Shown here: positions 36,401 to 48,672 of the stretch, piece by piece | Position numbering within the stretch: the first letter of the stretch is position 1 | Layout of the letters: the number at the start of each line of letters is the position of its first letter | From: Eremomyces bilateralis CBS 781.70 | Taxonomy: Eukaryota | Length of the DNA stretch: 64,000 nucleotides | Assembly (NCBI GenBank): GCA_010015585.1 | Contig: ML975189.1 | Strand: one strand, 5' to 3' | Program-made: the position numbers and the translations under genes | The notes under the pieces: generated by a model | What the model saw: the letters and a program-made list of their open reading frames with translations, nothing else | Databases searched by the model: none | What the model was told of the DNA's origin: nothing

Positions 36401-37069
36401 GTTCGAGGCCAGATCAAGCGAGCCCTCAGCAAACCCGAGGGCTGTTTCCGAGCGACCTTCGAGGACAAACTGCTCATGAGCGATATCGTTTTCCTCCGCG
36501 CTTGGTATCCGGTGAAGCCTCGACGTTTCTACAATCCCGTCACCGACCTGCTCGGTGCGCCGGTGGAAGATGGCGAGGACACGTCCGGCACGTCAGGGAA
36601 AGGATGGCAGCCGATGCGCCTGACGGGCGAGGTTCGCGCCACCCAAAACATACCGGTTCCGAGCCTCCCGAATAGTGTGTACCGGCCGATCGAGAGGCCG
36701 ACGCGACACTTCAACCCCCTGCGCGTCCCACGAAAGCTGCAAGCCGAGCTCCCCTACAAGTCGCAAGTGTCCCAGATGCGGCCCCAGAAGACGCAGACGT
36801 ATCTGCAGAAGCGGGCCGTGGTGGTCGGAGGCGAGGAACGCAAAGCACGCGACCTGTTGAACAAGGTGATGGCGATCCGGCAAGAGAAGATAGAGAAGCG
36901 TGGGCGTAAGAAGGACGAGAACCGAGCGGAATTCAAAAAGAAGATTAGCGAGGGGCAGGAGAAGAAGGCGGAGAGGGAGAAACGGGAGAAGGACGAGTTC
37001 TGGAAGCGGGAGGGCAGGAAGCGAAAGGCATGGGAGGGAGACGGTGGTCAAGCGAAGAGACGGAGATGA
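33422..37069 (+). CDS. BMS1: Ribosome biogenesis GTPase Bms1
   Basis: EKRLHVPMVDR; P-loop GPPG|VGKTT split by an intron; [49 protein letters not shown]. Confidence 0.97.
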
Positions 37070-38099
37070 TGTACGGAGTAGCGGGAGTAGCGGGAGAAGT
37101 CTCGCAGTTTGGATCAGTTTACGTAGTTCAATATCATACCCCTCCAGGCATCGAGAGAAGCGCGTCTCGGATTCTACTACGATACCTTGCAAGATGGCCG
37201 TGTGCCTGAGTCCACGTCTCTCAGAAGGTGACGATAGTAGCAGGTTGAGTAATATGACAGATCCCTCTATGGATCCTAATCATCCTATCATCTGAAGGTT
37301 CAGTGAACGTAAGTGTAGTCAAGTACGGAGTAGTGAGCAAAAGTGGTGGTATCAAGTCCGGTTAGGTGATCTCCAAGTTGACACCTGATGACCTGAGGCA
37401 TAAAACGCGAAAGCCACGCGACTTTCACCGGGCACGTGCTCAGTCTCTGCTCAGGTCACGGGAACCGCGTCGTCGCGGCGCCTTTCCATCATCTCCGTCC
37501 ACCACCGTCCACCACTGATGTTCAACTCTCGATCCCCTCTCTCATTACAATCCGAAATTCTGGATAATATTTATAGAGGATCCCTTCAAACTGATTATTC
37601 ACTTCATTCCATCTATCCCATTCATCGGCTCCGCTTCAAATCCGACCCGGCTGCCGTCCTGTTGAGACGCAATTGCACCGCGGTCCCGAACCACGTCCAG
37701 CCCGCCATCGCTATCAATACTTCAGCCACCAATTGAGCCTTCTTTTCGCTCATTCGTCTCGTCGTTGGTCTAGTGGAACTGCCAGTTACTTTTCGGTGAT
37801 ACCTTGGATCTATATACGCCCTGAACCTCCTATCAGCGCCCTACCCTCTTCGACTCTACCCCACATCCACGACCGACCAAACCGCCGCGAGACACGTTTC
37901 CGCGCGTCCTCCTCGCTTGCAGAGGACCCAAGGAGTGCGAAACGGTATGTGTGCCAACACTGCCCCTTCCAAAACGTTCATCCTAGCGCATTAGTTTGCT
38001 GACTGACGCGTCAGGTTCACTCAAGGCCGTGAAGTGGGCAATCGATCAAAACGCCCACTGGATGACCCAGCTTGTTATCCATGAACAACAATAATAACG

Positions 38100-39548
38100 A
38101 TGGAATCACCCACCCGCCCAGTCACTGACTCTCGAGAATCGGTCCCGAGTCAACCGCCTCGCTTCCTCGCTAGCAGCTCCGACGTTTCTGTCATCTCTTC
38201 CGGGAGTGCAGGAACGGACATCGACATGCACGTGCACGAAACCCAAGTCACGCAAGTATCTTCAACACAGTCAGTTCACGTCCCACCAAAGACGTGGACT
38301 GGTTATGGGGGCTCCTCCATGCACCCAGAACCCACTCCAGCGCAGAGAGCGACAGCGGCGCTTCTTGACGGCGTCGGCATTTCGGAAAACGAGAGCGATA
38401 TGCAGGCACCACTGGCGACGGAAACGTCGCCGGCGTTACTGATCGGTCCGTCCTCGATCAGCGCAAGCACCAGTCCCGGTGCCGTTGGCAGACGAGCAGC
38501 GAAGAGAACCGCCAGCGGTGCCGTTAAGACCGACGGTCATCTTTACCGAGCACACATCCCACTCGACACAACTTCTCGACGATCACATCATACCCGCGGC
38601 GCGTCAACTAGCAGTGTGACGAGCGAGGTAAGATGTGTAGTGACTGGTTGAATGAGATCGAGACTGACGTAATCACAGCTATCCTCCAAACTCAAGACGA
38701 ATCTATCCTATGCTCTCCTCAAAGTACAGAACGGTTGGGAATCGAGATCATTGGAAGACCTCGAAGAACAAGCTTCCCGCCAGGCCCTCAGCCTCTCCCC
38801 AGTACGCCGTCCCATGTATACCGCCCCGTCCAACCGCAGCAGTGAACCACCGCATCACCCCTGGGCATCACACGCGAGGAACCGGAGCATTGCAACCCTG
38901 GCCAAACAGCAATCGGCACCGGAAGCGCTCGCCGCCCTTGTCCCGTCGACTCCCAAAACCCGACCAACATCCCGCCCCGGTTCCGGTGCCGCCCTAGCAA
39001 CCCCGAGCACCCTCCCGGGAGGTCGACGTGCCCACGCACGCGTCCGATCTCAGGGGCTCAACCACGTTGGACTGGATGAATACGCCTTCTCCCCAACATA
39101 TGTCAGTCCTGCCACATCGACGTTTCCTCGACCGTCAGCGTTGGGAGATGAGACGGCGAGTGAGGGTTCCAACGAGGACGAGCGGCAACCGCAAGGCTAC
39201 TCCCTAACACAGCGGACACCCAAACACGTCAAGACTGGCAGCGGCGTTCACTTTACCCCGACTCGGTCCACAGCGGCCGCGGGTCTCGGTCCTCAACTCA
39301 TGAGTCGGGGTTCGCCCAGACGAAATACCATCGGCAGCAGTCGCGGTTCCGCAATGGGTGCAGCCAACAACACAGCCATCTCCCAACCCGGGCCCACACC
39401 AGCTGGTGGTACACTCTACATGCCTCAACGCAACGGTGCCTCGACCGGAACCGAGGATGGGCTTGGACAGGCCGAGCAGGATGCATTGGAGACATTGCTG
39501 TTCATGCGAAGTCCGGGGAATTCTCAGAACATTGCATCAAGGGCGTAA
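38100..39548 (+). CDS. Whi5/Nrm1-family cell-cycle transcriptional repressor-like protein
   Basis: An intron at ~38627-38678 joins to LSSKLKTNLSYALLKVQNGWESRSLEDLEE, a Whi5-like (GTB) motif. Many SP/TP sites. C-terminal EQDALETLLFMRSP. Confidence 0.75.
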
Positions 39549-40054
39549 GGTTGGAAAGGGACGATTTATGGGGAATGAATATGCACGATGGTCGGTAGAT
39601 TGAAGGTTTATACCATGGTCTTGCTGGAGAAGTGTCCGTTTTGAAGCCTCACGATCGTGGCTCGGCGTTGGATCCGAATGATGATATGCGGGAATATACT
39701 GCAGGTGGCAAGTTGTTGATTAGGGCAATCAGACTTTCAGCTCCATTTGCCTTAATACTAGTCCTATTTCTCCGATTCTTCTCATGATATAGTGAACTCA
39801 CACCTCTCACAGTGTAGGACTATAGGACTGTAGGTAGGGGTCGGGTAAACCCGGTTTGGGGCGGACTACGTCATCGCGGGGATTCCCATTTCCCTCCTGT
39901 CAGCCTTGTGCCTTCCGCTTCCAAGTTCCTAGACGCTGTGGAGGAAAGCAATACATATACGACTGCTAATCCGCCGCCATCTTATTGTCTCGCAAGAACT
40001 AAAGAAGTACTGAAAATCATAATCACCAACACCCTACAACCTGTTCCGGCGACC

Positions 40055-40444
40055 ATGTCTACCGTCATTGTGAGTCCAATACCTGCATGTCTGACTTCGA
40101 ACCCTGCTGACATACGCGGTAGATCACTCTGAAGAGCGGGGTTGATGCGAACGAGCTGGAGAAGTAGGATATTCCACCGTTGATCAGTTCATCGGTGAAG
40201 GGGAATGAAGAACTAACGATGGCGGGAACAGAGTCAAGAACGACATCCGCGACCAGGGCGGCGAAATCACGCATGAATCCAAGCTGATCAAGAGCATCCA
40301 GTTGGTCCCTTCCCAGCAGTGGGCAAGCCATCGAGCCGATTGCTGACGATCGATAGCGCCAAGTTTCCGACGGATAAAGTGCACACGCTGGCAACGAACG
40401 AGAACTGGACCGTCGAGGCGGATCAGGAGGTTAGGACTCAATGA
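40055..40444 (+). CDS. Peptidase inhibitor I9 (Pbi2/POIA-like subtilisin inhibitor), 70 aa
   Basis: Four exons (40055-40069, 40123-40163, 40232-40300, 40357-40444) give MSTVIITLKSGVDANELEKVKNDIRDQGGEITHESKLIKSIHAKFPTDKVHTLATNENWTVEADQEVRTQ*. Absent from the ORF track. Confidence 0.85.
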
Positions 40445-41656
40445 GGAGGTCCCGACGTAAGAACGGACAATTCAACGAGACACCAATGTAGCGTTAGGTC
40501 TTAGAATCCCAGAAGCTGCTTGGTCAATTGACTGGCACGCATTAAAACCCAGACTTGACCACTCGTAGCAGCTTGGTGATAATGCTCGGGTTGAGAATGA
40601 CTAGCTTACATCTTCACTGCAAATCTTCGGAACGTCTGCGTCGATTACGAGATATCTAGAGAACGGTCGAATTGGGCTGAACTAGAACTCCTAACATATA
40701 CTGTACCAAGATTGTTGATGCATCCATGTTGTCAATTTACCCCGTCAAGCGCCTCAACATCAAGCCTGGCATTATTATAAGGGTGATGCTGCAGATACAT
40801 CCAAATCACCCTCAACACTGAATATACATCCATTTCCCCCCTTATTAAGGTACATCCCAATTACGTCAGGATCCGGTACTCTGATTGGGTCACTTTGAAG
40901 TTTGAATAGTTGATTAGCACCGGACTGAATGTGACCGAGCCCCTACGGTGCGGGCATGTCCCCGCCTGTCTTGTTCATCCACACCACCCCGTTTTAGGCG
41001 CCCCCTACCCATTTTAGGTACCCGCGGTACCAGCTCAAAGGACCCCTTACCGGCACCTGGTTTGAGTACCCCATCACCTGTTTTAGCACCCTCCACCACC
41101 TGCTTTGGGCATACTCTGCCGCCTATGGCCCCCGACCACCTCTACCCCGCCGCGACGAACGCCTTACTATTTGAATTTCTATTTTCTTTAATAGACCAAT
41201 CACAATGCTTCTGGCCAAAGCCAATAGCAGGGTTCATCATAACCAAAAGATGGTAGAATAGCCATTACGAGGGGACGGTTTAATACAGGAATGGCGAATC
41301 GACCCAGACCGTGTGATTGATATAGGATAGATCTGAGTGGCTTCGCAGGATGGATATCATCGTTCCATTGTATCTCCATCGTATCTCCATCGTATCTCTA
41401 GGGATTGGAATCTGGGGATTGGAATCTCCGGTGGCTGGAGCCGGCGACCCTCATCCTGATTGGTCCATTGCCGCTCTGTACAGAATCCGTCCGTGATAAC
41501 TGATACCCAACTTCGAACTTCCGCCTCACTACAGGTAATCATATCAATCCTCCTCACCACTCCTCTCCACTCTCTCGACTCGGGGCTGGCTGCATTCTCA
41601 TCATGGTGCACCTTCCTCTTCACCCCTCCTCTTCGCACAATTCCGAGCGATGAACT

Positions 41657-43186
41657 ATGGTCTCCGCAATCCGGTCGGCTGCCGTCCGGTTGCTGCACTG
41701 CCCGAGTCGATCACGGCTGCTGGGTAACGCCGCACCTCGAGAAGCAGCACGAGCTTCTATTCACACCGATGCGGTGACTTTCGATCACATCACCGAGCTC
41801 GCCTCCAAACCTCTCCACCCGTTGACGCTGGCTGATCTCGCAAAGTAAGGGGGCCCTTCTGGTGTAGCAAGCGGATGCTGACCGCCTAGACATGGACGAC
41901 CACCGTTGTCCAAGCGAGCGCTACTCGCCTCGGCCAACTTCACGCTTTCTATCCTCCCCGCACGACTGGCACATCGAATTCAGTCGCTTCGAAATCTGCC
42001 CTTCATCGTCGTGTCGAATCCCCACATCTCCAAAATCCATGGCAACTACGTGAGAAGCTTAACCTCCCTCCTCCCGTGGGCGGAGCGGGACATCACCACG
42101 TTGGAAGATGAAATCCGTTTCACCGAGGTCATGGCCGACCTGGTGCAGACGCACGCGGATACCATCAGCATCTTAGCCCGGGGATTCCTCGAGGCGAGAA
42201 AGTATATTTCACCGAAAGAGGTCACCCGTTTTCTCGACGAACATCTGCGAGCGCGAATCGGTACGCGCTTGATCGCGGAACAGCACATTGCCCTCCACAT
42301 GTCGTCCCGTCCCCACATCGACCAACCGTCGTCCGGGACATCGTCTCGCAGCGACTCCCCTGACTCCTCGTTCATCGGCGTCATCGACACGGCGCTCTGC
42401 CCCGCCTCCACCATCCGTCACTGCGAGTCGACCGTGTCCGATATCTGCGAACTGAAGTACGGGGTGCGACCTAGCGTCCGGATCAACGGAGAGCCCGGGT
42501 ACACGTTTGCTCACATCCCCGTCCACCTCGAGTACATCCTCACGGAGCTATTGAAGAACGCGTTCCGCGCGACGATCGAGAAGGGCGCCGAGCGCGAACC
42601 CATCGAGGTCACTATCGCGCCACGCAAAGAGCCACAGCCGCTCGCCGGCGCCGATTCGAAGCCCGCCCTGCACGCGACGACCATCACCCACGCGGTGCAG
42701 GGCAACCTCGACGAGGCATCCCATCTGATTGGAGCGAGTAACGAGCTGGCGGACCTGACGGGGTACGAGGCGCCTCCGTCCGCGCGGCACCTCGACGCAA
42801 CAACGGCCCCGATCCGGACGCTATCGCCATCCACGCCCGGGGTGACGATCCGCATCCGCGACCGGGGCGGAGGTATCGCGCCAGACAATTACGCGCGCAT
42901 CTGGAACTACAGTTTCACGACCTTCAGCGAGGACACGATCCGCGCGGCGATGAACGGCGCGGCTAACGGTGGCGGTTCCGGGGCAATTTCGGCCGTAGAC
43001 GCGCTGAACGCCATCTCCGGGGCGGGCGCCGACGCGGGCACGAGCCTCGCCGGGTTGGGGTACGGGTTACCGCTAGGAAGGGCATATGCGGAGTACTTTG
43101 GCGGAGGGATCGCAGTGCAGAGCATGTGGGGATGGGGGACGGACGTCTACCTGTCATTGCGGGGATTGGGAGTCGGGGATCAATGA
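41657..43186 (+). CDS. Mitochondrial alpha-ketoacid dehydrogenase kinase (PDK/BCKDK family)
   Basis: Basic presequence. LPARLAHRIQSLRNLPF, ARIGTRLIAEQH, ELLKNAFRA (N box), IRDRGGGI (G1) and LAGLGYGLP (G2). One intron from ~41845. Confidence 0.92.
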
Positions 43187-43442
43187 TACATTCGGGAGAA
43201 CGCGACGCTCGAAACGCACACAAATCACAACGGTTTCATGGAACACGAACGGAATTGGGAGTGAAACATAACATGATGATCATTGATTCATGATTGCTAC
43301 CGAAAAAAACGCCCGGGGTATCTGCTAAAGACGATGTCCTGGATTCAAGTTCGTCAATCCCACCGCCCTCTCCTTCTCCCAATTGGATGCATTGTTTCTC
43401 CATATCCCGCTCAACTCGGTCTGAAACTCCGCGGTTGAAGAT

Positions 43443-43715
43443 TTATATATGCGATGTAGTGTGGGTTCGCGTCCTCCTCGTCCCGCGTCGTCGTCGCGAG
43501 GTGCGACCGCAGGTGAGGCATGAGATGATGATATCGAAGAGGCTGACGATACCGCCGATGATGGCGTGGAGGATGCTGCCGATGCCGTTGACGATGGCCA
43601 TCAGGCAGTTTCCGATGGTCCGGAAGACGGATGTTATCTAGAGAGAGACGTTAGAAGCTGGTCTAAACGAACAGCATTGAGGAGGGAGACGTACGCAAGA
43701 TACAACGGCACCCAT
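43443..43715 (-). CDS. 71-aa small protein, likely N-myristoylated/palmitoylated and membrane-associated
   Basis: Exons 43715-43695 and 43637-43443 give MGAVVSC|ITSVFRTIGNCLMAIVNGIGSILHAIIGGIVSLFDIIISCLTCGRTSRRRRGTRRTRTHTTSHI*. Canonical GTACGT..CTAAC..TAG intron and GC3-rich codons. Confidence 0.8.
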
Positions 43716-45303
43716 GTTGGCGGTTGGCGGGTCTGTTGGAGGGTCTGTTGAGGGTCTGTTTAAGGGTCTTTGATGGATGGATATGAAAAGGCTTTGATGT
43801 GCAGTTCTTGGAGTACGAGGTATGGAACTGAATATTGGAATGGGAGAATAGCATGGACGAAGAGGTCGCGAGGAAAACTAAGATATATACTCGTCCACAG
43901 CACACGAGTGCAAGGCGAAAGAAAAGGAGAGCAAGGCAGGAGACGATCTGCGAGAAACCTGAACCGACGACGTCACCATGACCATATAGGCCAACAGACG
44001 AATCCTAATCAGGCAAGGCCAGGATTTGCCAACTGCACGCGCCAATGGAATAACCACTTCATCAGACCAAGTCAAAGTGTAGTGTACTGTCTATCAAGTA
44101 TCACATTCCTTGAATCCCCATGGGCGATCAGTGACAGAGGTGGAATTCTTATCCCTATGACGCACATTGTGGCTTGTCCATGGTCCACTTGGGGTTAGCG
44201 CAATCGAATATTTCAGCCACGGACCAGCTTTTCACATTCGCCGCTTCTGCGACCCATATCACCTTACCGTATCAGGAATAGCGTTTGCTAACCATTCATG
44301 AATAGTATTATTCGTAACTACAGGGCAGGATGTAAATCGCCGGCCAAAGGAGTGCAGAACTGCAACAGAGGTGCGAAGAGGGAAATTGGATGGGAGCAGT
44401 GGGTCAGTCTTGAATTCATTGGGGACCTCTACCATACACATGCAGTCATCATGCTCAGCCATTTCATCCGAATCCTTTTCCATGCTTTTGTCCGTGTTCT
44501 TTGGAGCTGCATAGAAATCCGTTTTCAAATCAGGACGTACCTTCTACTTTTCTCGCGGTCATGCCTAGTTCGTCTGCGTTCAGGTCATTCTTTTCCAGTC
44601 GTATTAGTAGAAGTGTTGTTTGGAGAAACCGCGTTGAGAATAGCCGACTTAGATCATCCTTCTGCTTGGAGCAATCGACGAGGCGCGATCCGAATACGCC
44701 ATGTTCGGAAGCATGTCCTGGGGTTTCTTAAATCGGCTTTTGGCGGCGTCGATATTGATCGGGGAATGAAGTTACGGATGATGATATGGCCACATAGATC
44801 AGATAATTATCTCACCTTTCCGGTTGGGTGGAATTGGAGCGGGATTTGTCTAGAGAATCCCGGGCACAATAATTCATATGCAATGGATTGTGCCTTTTAG
44901 CCAGAGATATTGAAAGCTTGCTCCGGCGATGTAGGAAATAGCTCCCGCTGAATCGAGTTCCCGAAGACTGATTTGGAAATGGGAATAATTCAGTGGAACA
45001 ACGTTTCTAAAACCGATAGTGATTACTTCTCATCAGGAGCGAAACTACTCGTTTCTTCGCATCGCTAAACATTTTTGAGGCGCCAGGCGCCTAATCAGAT
45101 ATGACTTCGACCCCATCATGGGTTGCGTGGTACCAATACATTGCCTGGTTTCCCAACGTTACTCGCTTATCATCATTGCACGGTTGAGACTCGTCATCAA
45201 ATGCACAAGACTACCTTGTACCATGCTCCTCCCACGGTAGGTCAAGCGCTTTATGAACGGAGACGTGGTATATATAGTCTCGTCTATGTGCTTGAATCCA
45301 ATC

Positions 45304-47103
45304 CTAGTGCACAAACAGTCGCATGCCAAGCTCCGCAAACGTAATCCCCTGCTCCTCCGCGGCCTGGAGGACGATCGGGTCGTTCTGGCTCCCCATGGGC
45401 GCCCCGATGAATTTCGTTCCGCTCTCCGCAGCTCGGAAGACGTTATCCGGGAAGGGGAAGAATGCGTCACTGACCACGGCGACATCCGTTAGCTGCGAGA
45501 GCCACTCCTTCCTCTCTTGGGCAGTGAACGGTTCCGGAACGTCGCCCGGGCTCGCAAAGGCCTGCTCGAACGCCGTCCGCTCGTCGCCGGAGGTCGGGAC
45601 CGAGTCGGAACAGAGGAGATCGATGGCGTTCGTCTTCTGCGGTCGCTTGGCGCCGGGCGCAAACTTGAGCGACGTGCACTTGGAATGGAATCGCATCCAC
45701 CAGACGTCCGCTTTGGAGGCAGCCAGACGGGTGACGTGGATGCGGCTCTGCTGCCCGGCGCCGATGCCGATGGTTCCCCCATTTCGAGCGAAGGCGACCG
45801 AATTGCTCTGGGTATATTTCAGGGCGAGGGCGGCGAGCGTCAAGTCTCTCTCTGCCGCTTCGGAGAGCGAGCTCCCCGTTTTCAACGAAGAGAAAGAGGA
45901 CGACGGGGAAATCGTGGCGTCGTTCCGTTTCTGCCGAAGCGTGACGCCATGTACGGTGCGGGTTTCATACTCCGACGGCTGGTACGCTGGGTCCATCTGC
46001 ATAACCAGGTATTTGCCTCCCTTCTTCTTCGTGAGAACCTGGAGGGCCTCGGGGGAATATGACGGCGCGATGACACCGTCGCTCACTTCACGCGAGATGA
46101 TCTTCGCGGTCGGCAAGTCCACCGTGTCCGAAAGAGCGATGATGTCGCCAAACGAACTGACCCGGTCGGCGCCTCGAGCTCGGGCGTAGGCGCACGCCAA
46201 CGGCGATTCATCCAGCCCGGCAATTCCTTCCACCATGTACACCTTCTTCTCCTCCTCCGTTAGGGGCACTCCGACAGCAGCACCGGCGGGGGACACGTGC
46301 TTGAACGAGGCGGCGGCGGGGATACCGAGCGCTGCGCGGATTTCCTTGACCAGGAACCAGGCATTCAGCGTGTCGAGAAGGTTGATGTATCCGGGCGAGC
46401 CGCCGAGGACGGTAAACGGCAAGGGCCCATCCACCTTCCACGCGGCCGCGGGCTTCTGATGTGGATTGGTCCCGTATCGAAGGGCGATGTTGTGGGGCTC
46501 GTCGGTTGGAGGGGAGGTGTACTGGGTGCGGAAAAAGTTCGAGATGGCGGTGTCGTAGGTGGCGGTGTGCTCGAACGCCTTCAAGGCATACAGTTCGCGA
46601 GTTCGTTCGGGGATCGAGCCATTGCCCTTCCTCAGCTCGGAGAGGAACTCGTCGTACTGGGAAGGCGAGGTCAGAACCGTGACGCGCTTGTGGTTTTTGG
46701 CGGCGGCTCGCAGCAGCGTGACGCCCCCGATGTCCACCTCTTCCACCGCCTGATCGATGGTGACGCCATCTTTCGCGACGGCCTGCTCGAACGGGTAGAG
46801 GTTGCAGATGCAAAAGTCAATCGCATCGATCTTTTGGTCGGCAAGATCCTTCCGATCGCTCTCGATGTCCCGAGCCAGGAGACCGCCATGCACGGCTGGA
46901 TGTAACGTCTTGACCCTCCCACCAAGGATCTCGGGAGCATTGGTGATGCTCGAGACGTCATCGACGGCAATGCCAGCATTTCGAATGGCTTTGGCGGTGC
47001 CCCCGGACGCAACCAGTCGAACGCCGACATCGGCAAGACCTTTGGCCAAGTCCAAAAGTCCGCTCTTGTCGGAGACGGAGATGATGGCGGTTTTCGAAGA
47101 CAT
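45304..47103 (-). CDS. ADE17: Bifunctional AICAR transformylase / IMP cyclohydrolase
   Basis: Single exon with [53 protein letters not shown] and SDAFFPF. Confidence 0.97.
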   Translation of the reverse strand: MSSKTAIISVSDKSGLLDLAKGLADVGVRLVASGGTAKAIRNAGIAVDDVSSITNAPEILGGRVKTLHPAVHGGLLARDIESDRKDLADQKIDAIDFCICNLYPFEQAVAKDGVTIDQAVEEVDIGGVTLLRAAAKNHKRVTVLTSPSQYDEFLSELRKGNGSIPERTRELYALKAFEHTATYDTAISNFFRTQYTSPPTDEPHNIALRYGTNPHQKPAAAWKVDGPLPFTVLGGSPGYINLLDTLNAWFLVKEIRAALGIPAAASFKHVSPAGAAVGVPLTEEEKKVYMVEGIAGLDESPLACAYARARGADRVSSFGDIIALSDTVDLPTAKIISREVSDGVIAPSYSPEALQVLTKKKGGKYLVMQMDPAYQPSEYETRTVHGVTLRQKRNDATISPSSSFSSLKTGSSLSEAAERDLTLAALALKYTQSNSVAFARNGGTIGIGAGQQSRIHVTRLAASKADVWWMRFHSKCTSLKFAPGAKRPQKTNAIDLLCSDSVPTSGDERTAFEQAFASPGDVPEPFTAQERKEWLSQLTDVAVVSDAFFPFPDNVFRAAESGTKFIGAPMGSQNDPIVLQAAEEQGITFAELGMRLFVH

Positions 47104-47464
47104 TTGGAAGGTCTCGTCCGTGATCGATTACAGTTACGGTGTGTCCTTCAAAATTGGCTGGGAAGTGTGTGGTAAGATTGTGGGGGAAGGGTGGAGGTGG
47201 GATGGACTTTGTGATGGGATGATGCTCTGGAAAATTTCGGGTTCCCCTCCATCCCAACAAGTTATGGTCTCGACTCCCAAGATACATGGCCCGCCCGTTA
47301 ACCAATCACATCCTGCTCTTTTCACCATTTTTCGGGCCAATTCTTCTCGTGTCTCCCAAATCGGGATCTGAATGTTAGGAAAATCGATTTCACCATTTCC
47401 TCTGTCGATGCGGTTGTTGGCGAGGATGCGCACGTGATGGCTGTGACTTCAAGTAGCTTTGCAT

Positions 47465-47589
47465 TGATTGGTCCGATATAAACAGCTGTCAATATCGCAG
47501 TTCTGATTGGCTCATCTATGTCGTAGCTTTCACAGCCAACGGATGATTGGCTCACCCCATGAAATATTCAAAAGACGACTCATGATTGG
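47465..47589 (-). promoter_or_regulatory. Four evenly spaced CCAATCA boxes upstream of ADE17
   Basis: TGATTGG starts at 47465, 47504, 47544 and 47583 (spacing 39, 40, 39), with largely unrelated intervening sequence. Confidence 0.6.
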
Positions 47590-48672
47590 TCTGATCCCGC
47601 AACGGCCTTTTGAAAGTTGAAACCACCTGAACATTCTGCTTGAGTAGGGTAGGTGATACTCCATATCCCGTTTCATTTAGACCATGCACCTCCGTACTTT
47701 TGATCAGTTATTAATTATGGCCGGCATGAAGTGGAACCATCGAGGCAGATGATGATCTTCACGCGCCTATTAGGTGATCCCGTCGTTGCTCAATGCTCCG
47801 TGACGTGGAGGAATCATTTATGGTAATTGATGCCTACCTAATAGTAACTACCGATACCTATTCCGTATGCCCACCCCATGCGTCACGGTCAAGCAAATAG
47901 AGTCAATCGCATCTCGACGACGTCCGGATGCATTCTAGATGAGTGGAATACTATCATGCAGGTGGGCCTTGCCCTATGCTCTACGGACATCACTCCTCAT
48001 CCGGATTTCTATCTTTCCATTTGAGACGACTTCATGTTTCAACACAACCGTTGTTGGGATCAGTCTTCCATCACTCGTATTTTTGTTCTTGCATTGTTTG
48101 ATGGTGTTTCTTGGAATCTGCAATGTCTACCTTTCCTTACGATTGCCGAGTGATTTGCGACGCTATGCTTGCATTGTCGTTGATGTTATATTGCTCGACT
48201 ACCCTGCCTAGTTTCATCGTCATTATTCACGAGGGACTTCAGCTAATCACCTCTATCTTTGCATTCCAAGCCAAGCCTTTAGTCTGGTTTGGGTTCGGGT
48301 TCCCCCCTCCCTAAAATGTTTCTAGACTCTCAGACTTCGCAGGGCTGTATATTCTACGTTAACGGTAAATCTTTAGATGAAGCTCTCAACTAGATATGCT
48401 TGTGATTGCTTAGGTGCGATACTGATCTTACGGGGTGATCGACGCTCTCCACATTCTCTATGCGTGCTCCCAGAGCCCCAAAGTTGTGCATGCGTATCGC
48501 GTAGAATGATGTGGACACTGACTTTTATGCTGCCAAGCATCATCCGGTGCGGCGATGACAGGATATATGTCCAGCGAATCTCGCTCATGGTTTGGAAGGT
48601 GGTTAGAAAGTCAATAAGACTCCAGCGTGGGAATACCCCTTATACTCGTCCACAGTCAACGTATCCATCGTC

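Noticed and set aside
41603..41727. uORFs upstream of the PDK/BCKDK kinase
   Set aside because: The transcription start is unknown, so they cannot be distinguished from chance ATGs.
44040..44900. Possible gene from ORF 44298-44900(+) or minus-strand fragments
   Set aside because: No recognisable domain, and the only splice model needs an implausibly short (~34 nt) intron.
47465..47589. CRISPR-like repeat-spacer periodicity
   Set aside because: The repeat is only 7 bp, the context is eukaryotic and there are no cas genes. CCAAT boxes explain it better.
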